DNA from: an uncultured bacterium
GTDB lineage: Bacteria > Macinerneyibacteriota > Macinerneyibacteria > Macinerneyibacteriales > CAYRFE01
Length of the DNA stretch: 64,000 nucleotides
Direction: 5' to 3'
Assembly: GCA_964423645.1 (NCBI GenBank)
Contig: CAYRFE010000012.1
Location: 20,085-84,084 of the forward strand
Part shown: piece after piece, positions 57,070 through 64,000 of the stretch
How the letters are laid out: each line of letters begins with the position of its first letter
How positions within the stretch are numbered: position 1 is the stretch's first letter
Position numbers and translations under genes: made by a program
The notes under the pieces: model-generated
Database searches by the model: none
What the model saw: the letters and a program-made list of their open reading frames with translations, nothing else
What the model was told of the DNA's origin: nothing

Positions 57070-57472
57070 ACGGCAGGTATTTCATCTCCTCATGATGCAT
57101 TTCTTCATACTCGTCATCGGTCTCATGATCATAGCCGAGAATATGGAGCATGCCATGTATAAATAGCACCATGCACTCGTCATCGCAAGAACGCTCGCCG
57201 CGTTGACGCTCTGCCGAGTCTCGCGATATGATTATTTCACCTTCAAGTGAATCATACGGATCATTCAGGCGAAACGATAGAACATCCGTCGGCATATCTT
57301 TTCCGCGATATTCTTTGTTGAGGCGGTGAATTTCAATATCATCCGTAAAATACACATCAATTTCCCGATCAATCCGATCGAAGTCAATAAGAATCTTCTC
57401 GCCGATCGTCATACAGCGCGTGATCAATGAATCCGTAATGACCGTTGTCTCGGATGTAGAGATTCGTATCAT
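57062..57472 (-). CDS. ybeY: rRNA maturation endoribonuclease YbeY
   Basis: Zinc-binding HGMLHILGYDH motif. 136 aa. Confidence 0.9.
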   Translation of the reverse strand: MIRISTSETTVITDSLITRCMTIGEKILIDFDRIDREIDVYFTDDIEIHRLNKEYRGKDMPTDVLSFRLNDPYDSLEGEIIISRDSAERQRGERSCDDECMVLFIHGMLHILGYDHETDDEYEEMHHEEMKYLPYA

Positions 57473-57473
57473 A

Positions 57474-59639
57474 TCAGTCCTTTAAGATCTCAGGATAATC
57501 GATGCGTTTATGCATCATACCCCTGAAATATTGGATAAAACTTGCTTCAATTATCGTGAGTTCGGCAATGGTAATCGGTGCATTATCAAGCTGACCATCC
57601 TCAAGCGCATCAGAAATCAATCGGTGAATACGTTCGCCCAATGTGATTATGGATGTATTCGAAAGCACTCGCGACACTGCTTCGGTCTTATCCGCTAAAA
57701 AGACAACCGCCGATTCCTTCGTAGACGGTAATGGGGAGTCATAGCGAAAATAATGCTCGATCACATCCTCTTTACGCGTATTCTTCATTGCTTTGGTATA
57801 AAAATATCGTATCAAGCTCTTCCCGTGATGCTCACGAACAATATCTCGAATTCTTTTCCCGAATCCGTATTGTCGTAATTTGATTTCAGCGTCGGTAACA
57901 TGATTTTTTAAAATTCGCACCGACATTAAAGGCGGCAATGCATCGTGTTTGTTGACACCAAGCATTTGATTCTCGATAAAATAATCCGGTCGTCGTATCT
58001 TTCCGACATCGTGATAGAGCGCACCTACTTTCGCAAGTAACGCATCGGCATGAATTTGTTTGCACGCTTCTTCGGCAAGTTCGGAAACGATAATACTGTG
58101 TCGGTACGTGCCCGGCGCGTGTCCCATTAATTCTTTCATCAGAGGATGATTCATATCCAAAAGTTCATTCAATCGCATGTCAGACGTGATATCGGCAGTT
58201 TTTTCATACACATACAACAATACATACCCTACCACAAAACTTCCCAACACTGAGACTGCCGTACGAAACGCCATCAAACTTAAGGAAGAAATGACCCCTG
58301 AGAATGCAGTATCAAGCATTGTTGCAGCGGCGAACGTTATAATATATGTGATAATCACTGTACGTAAAGAAGGAATGCGAGACCGAAAATGCGAGGCGTA
58401 TACAAGAAAAAACACAGTTGAAATAACATGCATCAATGCAAAACGAGGATCCGCATGAAATATCATCAAGCCGACACTGAACACAAGTGAAGAAAACAAC
58501 GTAAACTCGGCTTTAAAAACAAAAAATATCAACAATAAAAATCCAAGATACGGGAACATATATAAATACCCCGTGGGAAAAATACGTGAAAAAAAACCGA
58601 GCATCAATATAAACATAAAACCGGTGAATAATAACATGCTACGCGCCATCGAATATTGAGATTCGTGATACACGCGCAAATAATGGCGTATAATAATAAA
58701 TAAAAATGCCAAAAACAATGAAAATCCTATAATGCGAACAACAAGCATTTTTCTGAGTTCCATGTACATGCCTTGTACTTTCAAGTACATTTTTTTATCG
58801 ACAACCTGACCTTTTGAACAAAGTAATTCCCCTTTACGAATATACAATCGATCGGGTAAATAATTCTTTCGAATCATTTCATTGTTTTTTTGAGTTAGTT
58901 CTGAACTGAAATACACATTGTCGGTAATATATTTTTTAACAATATATTTGGTCAACTCTACATAGCGATAATCTGCTTCAATACTTTGAGAAATATAGTC
59001 ATTGAGGAAAGAATCGATCTCCTTATAGTTGACGATCGTGTCTTTGCGAACAAGAATATTGTCCGATTTTCTCCTGATCTCAACTAAACCGCTAAAAAAA
59101 TTACTCTTTACTTCATTCGATGCCACACCGCGCTCATACAGCGTCAATAGAATATTCTTACAAATTGGCTCGATAGCCGTCAGCATCGCCGTATCAAGAG
59201 AATATACCACCGATTTATCGGTAAGAGGTTCCCACAAGGTTATAATGGCTTGAAACCGTGAAGCGTTTTTCTGTTGTCGAAGAGCTTCGTGTGCCTCAAC
59301 AAGATCTTTGTCCAAGAGTGCGATTTGCTTGTCATACACACTGTCATCAAGCATGAAGACTGACGGTGCAGAGGATAATCTCTCCCGTATTGCTTGTTCG
59401 GCTTGTTCTTCATCGATCCATGTAAATTCAACCGTTGAAACTATCGTATCTGATGCCGCTTCACCGATGATGAGCGGAATCCTTTTATGCACCACTGATG
59501 TATAAAACAAAAAAATGACACCGCAATAAAATATCGCCGTAATGAACTTTATTTTGGTAACCTGAGGGGGTAACAAATAGGTAGCAATAAAAAATTTCAC
59601 CACATCGACAAGGGAATGGGGCACTCCGGGTGAGCTCAT
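57474..59639 (-). CDS. pgpH: 7TM-receptor-HD (PgpH/YqfF-type) membrane HD-hydrolase
   Basis: Extracellular N-terminal domain, 7 TM block, intracellular HD domain (HDVGK…, HH). Conserved ybeY neighbour. Confidence 0.8.
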   Translation of the reverse strand: MSSPGVPHSLVDVVKFFIATYLLPPQVTKIKFITAIFYCGVIFLFYTSVVHKRIPLIIGEAASDTIVSTVEFTWIDEEQAEQAIRERLSSAPSVFMLDDSVYDKQIALLDKDLVEAHEALRQQKNASRFQAIITLWEPLTDKSVVYSLDTAMLTAIEPICKNILLTLYERGVASNEVKSNFFSGLVEIRRKSDNILVRKDTIVNYKEIDSFLNDYISQSIEADYRYVELTKYIVKKYITDNVYFSSELTQKNNEMIRKNYLPDRLYIRKGELLCSKGQVVDKKMYLKVQGMYMELRKMLVVRIIGFSLFLAFLFIIIRHYLRVYHESQYSMARSMLLFTGFMFILMLGFFSRIFPTGYLYMFPYLGFLLLIFFVFKAEFTLFSSLVFSVGLMIFHADPRFALMHVISTVFFLVYASHFRSRIPSLRTVIITYIITFAAATMLDTAFSGVISSLSLMAFRTAVSVLGSFVVGYVLLYVYEKTADITSDMRLNELLDMNHPLMKELMGHAPGTYRHSIIVSELAEEACKQIHADALLAKVGALYHDVGKIRRPDYFIENQMLGVNKHDALPPLMSVRILKNHVTDAEIKLRQYGFGKRIRDIVREHHGKSLIRYFYTKAMKNTRKEDVIEHYFRYDSPLPSTKESAVVFLADKTEAVSRVLSNTSIITLGERIHRLISDALEDGQLDNAPITIAELTIIEASFIQYFRGMMHKRIDYPEILKD

Positions 59640-59895
59640 AGCCCGCCTTCATCGATTATTCTACTGACTTCATTTGTATTTGTATACGTACTCATAGTTA
59701 TCTGCTGAAATAATACACGAAATATGAAGATTGCACAAGTTTTTTTGATGTTTGATACGGCATATCCTTCGAATGAACACCTTTTTTTATCTCCCCGTGT
59801 TTTTTTTCATACGCTGCCGTTTATGCAGTCGGCCCTATGATCTCCAACTCGCAGTAACTCATACTCATTGATTAGTTAACCGAAACAATCACGCT

Positions 59896-59925
59896 TGCCA
59901 AAATGCATTTTATGCGGTAGTATCA
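59896..59925 (+). promoter_or_regulatory. Candidate sigma70-type promoter for the ilvE leader
   Basis: TTGCCA-N18-TAGTAT (or N17-GTAGTA), about 15 nt upstream of a leader uORF. Confidence 0.4.
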
Positions 59926-59940
59926 TCCAAGCGAGGTGTT

Positions 59941-60027
59941 ATGCTGTCACCTGATTCAGACATTATTCCGATTATCACCACTCACTCTTATTGCCATTTT
60001 ATTTCTTGCGATTTTAAGTTGTCATGA
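59941..60027 (+). CDS. Candidate 28-codon leader peptide (MLSPDSDIIPIITTHSYCHFISCDFKLS)
   Basis: ATG preceded by GAGGTG. Ile-rich stretch IIPII. Stop TGA overlaps the ilvE-proximal ATG (ATGA) and ends at the ilvE SD (AAAGGAG). Below the ORF-track length cutoff. Confidence 0.3.
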   Translation: MLSPDSDIIPIITTHSYCHFISCDFKLS

Positions 60028-60038
60028 AAGGAGAATGT

Positions 60039-61106
60039 ATGATAAAAACGACACGTATTCAGGATTCTCAGCGAAAACCCCTTTTTGCCGATTCATCCAA
60101 ACTTGTATTCGGCAAAGTATTTACCGATTATATGTTTACATGCCGGTATACGACGGAAAAGGGGTGGTTCGATGCTGAAATCAAACCCTATCAACCGCTT
60201 GTCCTAGACCCCGCCGCAATGGTTTTCCATTATGCACAGGAAGTGTTTGAGGGACAAAAAGCATATCTTTCCCCGGATGATAAGATCCTCATGTTTCGTC
60301 CGCTTGACAACGCAAAACGATTGAATCATTCACTTTCCCGCATGTGTATGCCGACTTTTCCCGAAGAATTGTATATTGAGGCTGAAACGGAACTTTTAAA
60401 ACTTGAAAAGAGATGGATACCGAAAGGCAAAGGAACATCACTGTATATACGCCCTACCGTGATCGCAACCGAGCCTGCGATCGGCGTTCGCGAGGCAAAA
60501 GAATTTCTTTTTTATATTATCTGTTCACCATGCGGGCTATATTTTCCTGATGGTTTTAAACCGATTTCAGTGATGGTGAGTGAGGATTATGTTCGTGCTG
60601 CTCCGGGCGGTACCGGCAATGCAAAAGCCGGCGGAAATTACGCATGCGGTATGCTGGGAACTCACATCGCAAAAGAAAAAGGATACGGACAAATTGTATG
60701 GCTTGATGCATGTGAACGCACCTATATTGAAGAAATGGGTGCGATGAATATCTTTTTTGTTCGAAACAATACGCTTATTACGCCTATGCTCACCGGCACA
60801 ATATTAGAAGGCATCACCCGTCGTTCAATTATCGAACTTGCACGTTCACTCGGGATTACGGTTGAAGAACGTCGCATCGCGGTCAGCGATATTGTTGAGG
60901 GAATACAAGACGGTTCCGTGACCGAAGCATTTGCTGCGGGTACGGCGGCCATCATTGCCCCGATAGGGAAAATCGCATATAAAAACATCGAATATTCTAT
61001 CAGCACAGAACCCGGAATACTGACAAAGAAATTGTACGATCAGTTGCTCGGTATTCAATACGGCGAATTGGACGATCCGTTCGGGTGGGTAGTGACCATA
61101 CAATAA
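60039..61106 (+). CDS. ilvE: Branched-chain amino acid aminotransferase (class IV PLP enzyme)
   Basis: Fold-type IV BCAT motifs (…EGQKAYLSPDDKILMFRP…, catalytic-Lys region GTGNAKAGGNY, EEMGAMNIFFV). Start at the second ATG (60039), 5 nt after AAAGGAG. Confidence 0.85.
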   Translation: MIKTTRIQDSQRKPLFADSSKLVFGKVFTDYMFTCRYTTEKGWFDAEIKPYQPLVLDPAAMVFHYAQEVFEGQKAYLSPDDKILMFRPLDNAKRLNHSLSRMCMPTFPEELYIEAETELLKLEKRWIPKGKGTSLYIRPTVIATEPAIGVREAKEFLFYIICSPCGLYFPDGFKPISVMVSEDYVRAAPGGTGNAKAGGNYACGMLGTHIAKEKGYGQIVWLDACERTYIEEMGAMNIFFVRNNTLITPMLTGTILEGITRRSIIELARSLGITVEERRIAVSDIVEGIQDGSVTEAFAAGTAAIIAPIGKIAYKNIEYSISTEPGILTKKLYDQLLGIQYGELDDPFGWVVTIQ

Positions 61107-61124
61107 ACGGCACGGACACTACAT

Positions 61125-61148
61125 AGGGCGCTCGTCGCCCTTTTTTTT
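61125..61148 (+). terminator. Rho-independent terminator of ilvE
   Basis: AGGGCG-ctcgt-CGCCCT followed by TTTTTTTT. Confidence 0.75.
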
Positions 61149-61626
61149 ACAGTGCTGAAATGTATCTGTGTGCCGGTTTCGTAAACCTGACAACAAGAGA
61201 CTTTTTTTATTAACAGACTCCGTCGTATACCACGCGATACCTCCTTCGGATTATCAGATCATTGCATCATGCAACGAACAAATTTCCCCCTGCAAATCAG
61301 CTGACTATATCGCTGCACAAGCGGACACAATTTCCAAAAATAAGACCCTCTTGATTTCAACGGAGGGGGGGGAGAACACAAAATGAACTACCCCGCAGCG
61401 AGCTACGGGGTATCTCCGAAAAATAACTTTATTTGTTTGCCCACCCCAAACCCCTTTAAAACTGTAAATAATAGAAAATCCCATAAACAAATAATAATAA
61501 ATCAGTAAGCAAAAAAAGAAAATAATTTAGCTCCCCCTCGCGGGTACGCGTTTCCCCCTCTTTGCAAAAAAGAGGGGGAAAGAAAAACGGCATTAAAAAA
61601 TCGACGTTAAATAATACCTGTGTAAA

Positions 61627-61644
61627 GACGTAGCATGCTACGTC
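61627..61644. promoter_or_regulatory. Perfect 18-bp palindrome GACGTAGCATGCTACGTC
   Basis: Exact dyad symmetry (9+9). Lies 16 nt upstream of repeat unit X1. Confidence 0.4.
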
Positions 61645-61660
61645 TCTACAGAAAATATTT

Positions 61661-61790
61661 AGGTGTCATTATCGGGCTTGACCCGATAATCCAGATGACT
61701 TTATAAATTTCTAGATTCCCGATTTCACGGGAATGACACATACCGGATTTTTGTGGCAAGACAAAAAGTAAGGCAGGATTTTATACGTTG
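61661..61790. repeat. Repeat unit X1 (MITE-like structured element)
   Basis: Begins AGGTGTCATTATCGGGCTTGACCCGATAATCCAGAT (35 nt shared with X2). GTGTCATT pairs with AATGACAC about 65 nt downstream. Internal hairpins TATCGGG/CCCGATA, TTCCCG/CGGGAA, TTTTTGT/ACAAAAA. Shared tail TTTTGTGgCAAgACAAAAAGTAAGgCAgGaTTTTAT. Confidence 0.55.
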
Positions 61791-61791
61791 T

Positions 61792-61873
61792 GCCATCCCC
61801 AAACTACTTCCGTTGAATTCGGAAGGGGCTTAAATTGTTCTAATATGGGGACTTCGTCCCCACACCCCTTTTT
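61792..61873. repeat. Structured repeat element 'Y', copy B
   Basis: See copy A at 12985-13089. Hairpin CTTCCG-ttgaatt-CGGAAG flanked by CCCC/GGGG, then GGGGAC-TTC-GTCCCC-ACACCCCTTTTT. Confidence 0.55.
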
Positions 61874-61890
61874 AAAAAATAAAGAAAAAA

Positions 61891-62042
61891 AGGTGTCATT
61901 ATCGAGCTTGACCCGATAATCCAGATTCTTGACAAATACATGGATTCCCGTTGGAATTTATCCTCATGAAAATGGGGACGGGAATGACACATAAGAAGAC
62001 TTTTTTGTGTCAAAACAAAAAGTAAGACAAGGTTTTATTATC
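61891..62042. repeat. Repeat unit X2 (diverged copy of X1)
   Basis: Same 35-nt head with one substitution. Same terminal inverted repeat and tail. Central part expanded and different. Confidence 0.55.
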
Positions 62043-62126
62043 AATACGTCGGGTAGGGGCAAACCCTACGCGTAAATCACTTTTATAATCTCGCTGCCCA
62101 TTGCGGTTAATTTTCGAATAAGTACA

Positions 62127-63035
62127 TTACTCCAACGGAATTTTGATTTTCGTGCCAGGTTGCACACGATTAGGATTATTAATGATCTGCGCATTTGCCC
62201 AGGAAAGCCACAACCATTTTTCGCGAGTACCGTAAATCTTTTGAGAAATGACATAGAGCGTCGTATCGTCATCACCGGTCACATACCATTTGATAGGTAT
62301 AGTGATAACCCAACCCGGCATGATCAGATCCGGATCTTTTATACGATCTTTGTTGTAGCGATAAATAAGCGGCCACAACGCACCTTGCCCCATAAACTCT
62401 GGACGCTTTGATATTTTTGATAAATAATCGCCGTATTTTATGGTATAGGTCATAAATGATTCTTGTTTCAAATCACGAAGCCTGATCTCCATTTCCTTCT
62501 GGCGTAATTCAAAGTCAGCAAGACGAGAATCAAGTTCTGCAAGCTTTGTCTCACGATCTTTAAGCTCGGTGTTGAGTTTTTCTATGACTTGCGGCGATGC
62601 CATTTTTGTCTCATTTAACGTGGCTATCGCAAGTTTAATTTCGGATATTTTCATTTCTTCGTCTTTACGAATCGTCTGAATGTCATCAGGGGATAGTTCT
62701 GACCGTTTCATCGAAAGATCTTTCATGTCGCTCTCTATGGCATCAATATTGCCGACCATGTCGGTTCCCGCAATATCAGATTTAGTGATCGGTGAAATAT
62801 TAAGATTTTTGGATGTTTCCATGTCTTTCAATTTTGCATCAACATCATCAACTTTTTTCACCATACCCAAGACATCATCAATTGATTTTGTTTTGGTTGT
62901 CAACTCAGACGTTGAATCCGGAGCAGTTAATTGGTCGGGATTCTTTTTTTTCTCTGAGATAATAAACTCAAGTGAAAAAAGCGAAGGAACAACACACAAC
63001 AAAACAATAATGATCATATAACGCTTCATAATCAC
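62127..63035 (-). CDS. Secreted coiled-coil protein with two C-terminal LysM domains
   Basis: Signal peptide. Coiled-coil middle. Two LysM-like segments (YTIKYGDYLSKIS…PGWVITIP and YVISQKIYG…VQPGTKIKIP). Confidence 0.7.
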   Translation of the reverse strand: MIMKRYMIIIVLLCVVPSLFSLEFIISEKKKNPDQLTAPDSTSELTTKTKSIDDVLGMVKKVDDVDAKLKDMETSKNLNISPITKSDIAGTDMVGNIDAIESDMKDLSMKRSELSPDDIQTIRKDEEMKISEIKLAIATLNETKMASPQVIEKLNTELKDRETKLAELDSRLADFELRQKEMEIRLRDLKQESFMTYTIKYGDYLSKISKRPEFMGQGALWPLIYRYNKDRIKDPDLIMPGWVITIPIKWYVTGDDDTTLYVISQKIYGTREKWLWLSWANAQIINNPNRVQPGTKIKIPLE

Positions 63036-64000
63036 TCCTCAAAGAGTTTAAATATCTGATCTATTATACGCTTTTTTTCCTTCGTTATCAATGTCTCTCG
63101 TTCTTTATGAGATTTTTCTTTCTGCGAATTTTCAATTTCACGTCGTGCGATCATTTCACTTAATTTTTCCAAAAACGCAGAGGTTCCTTTTAAATATTCA
63201 AACATACGTCGTTTTTCGATAAAATACACTGTCCCCTCGCCCTGCATAACACAATCAGCACTTACCGCATCTTTTTTAACAAGCGACATTTCACCGAGCA
63301 CGGCTCCTGCGCCGACCGTGACAAGCGTGACACCGTCGCGAATAATATCGACAAATCCGTTTACCACGACGAACATACCCTTTCCTTCTTCCCCTTGATG
63401 AAGCAGATACTCCCCTTTTCCATAAGCAATCATTGCACCGATTGTTGAAAAACGTGCAAATGACACATCATCAAGAAAAGAAAAAAACTCAAATTTCGGT
63501 AACGCGGGGGCTTGTGGCGGAACAGGTTCCTGGCGCATATAGACGGTACGAATCGGAAACGGAATCTCAATGCCATGACGCGCAAACACATAATATATAT
63601 TACGATATAGATGATCTCTGGTGTTCGCAAGATAACGTTTGTGTTCGATAAACACACGTACAATATAGGTAATGGCAAAATCACCGTAATCCTTTAATAA
63701 AATTTCCACCGGATCTCGCGGTACAATATGCTGTACTCCCACCAAAGCTTCCTTAATCGCCGCATCGATCTGCGCCGGTCGAGCCGCATATGATACACCG
63801 ATCTCAATATCAACACGTTCACGAGAAGACGGGCGTGAATAATTGATGAGGGGCGATTGGAGAAGCTGTCCGTTCGGAAAAATCACATGATCGTGATTTA
63901 TTGTCCTAATTTTCGTTGAGTACCAATTGATCTCAACGACTTCACCTTCATAATCCCCGATCTTCACCCAATCTCGCACTTTTACGGGAGCATTGATCGA
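63032..64000 (-). CDS. MscS-family mechanosensitive channel with C-terminal cyclic-nucleotide-binding domain (N-terminus beyond window)
   Basis: MscS beta-domain (VKIGDYEGEVVEINWYSTKIRTINHDHVIFPNGQL). C-terminal cNMP-binding domain (…GAVLGEMSLVKKDAVSADCVMQGEGTVYF…). TM region not present, so the gene continues past 64000. Confidence 0.7.
   Translation of the reverse strand, partial: SINAPVKVRDWVKIGDYEGEVVEINWYSTKIRTINHDHVIFPNGQLLQSPLINYSRPSSRERVDIEIGVSYAARPAQIDAAIKEALVGVQHIVPRDPVEILLKDYGDFAITYIVRVFIEHKRYLANTRDHLYRNIYYVFARHGIEIPFPIRTVYMRQEPVPPQAPALPKFEFFSFLDDVSFARFSTIGAMIAYGKGEYLLHQGEEGKGMFVVVNGFVDIIRDGVTLVTVGAGAVLGEMSLVKKDAVSADCVMQGEGTVYFIEKRRMFEYLKGTSAFLEKLSEMIARREIENSQKEKSHKERETLITKEKKRIIDQIFKLFEE

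Noticed and set aside
61168-61386. 72-aa plus-strand ORF in the repeat-rich intergenic region
   Set aside because: No RBS. It overlaps hairpin/repeat sequence and its composition follows the repeats, so it is most likely non-coding.
61107-62126. Possible CRISPR array suggested by repeated units
   Set aside because: Only two or three copies, units of 80-150 nt with unequal spacing and internal divergence. No short direct repeats with regular spacers and no cas genes in the window.
62066-62275. 69-aa minus-strand ORF overlapping the 3' end of the LysM gene
   Set aside because: Alternate frame inside a longer, motif-supported CDS. No independent support.

Overview
AT-rich bacterial chromosome segment (roughly 38-40% GC by eye). 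Nearly every gene is on the minus strand; about 46 kb of uninterrupted minus-strand genes have tiny gaps or ATGA/1-4 nt overlaps. Many genes carry GGAGG-type Shine-Dalgarno sites, and one secreted protein ends in a T9SS C-terminal sorting domain. This combination suggests an SD-using, non-Bacteroidetes member of the FCB-group neighbourhood. That placement is inference only.

Supported content:
- A type IV pilus system split in two blocks: pilB-pilT-pilC at 2.8-7.0 kb and pilM-N-O-P-Q at 27.9-33.2 kb. The second block is preceded by two sigma-54 (NtrC-type) two-component pairs. No pilin or prepilin peptidase gene is in the window.
- A delta-alpha-beta-gamma 2-oxoacid:ferredoxin oxidoreductase operon (Oor/Kor-like) with an extra P-loop gene.
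- A compact metal-response module: a CsoR-family repressor, a Spy/ZraP-like periplasmic protein and a divergent cysteine-rich mini-protein.
- A standalone MEMO1 (AmmeMemoRadiSam-B) homolog next to an SNF2 helicase.
- Several large TPR proteins and a Clp/Hsp100-like protein with a degenerate D1 P-loop.
- The conserved era-corC-dgkA/PAP2-ybeY-pgpH housekeeping block.
- ilvE with a candidate leader uORF.
- A 1-kb repeat- and hairpin-rich intergenic region, with one repeat family also present 48 kb away.

The most unusual items are:
- A fusion of a 5'-nucleosidase-like domain (MTAN/futalosine hydrolase) to an SPL-type radical-SAM domain, sitting downstream of pilQ after two Wzy_C/O-antigen-ligase-like membrane proteins.
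- The structured repeat families at 61.1-62.1 kb and about 13.0 kb.
- The CsoR locus, where the ORF-track start is incompatible with a clear promoter/operator arrangement.

No tRNA/rRNA genes, CRISPR arrays, transposases or integrases were recognised.
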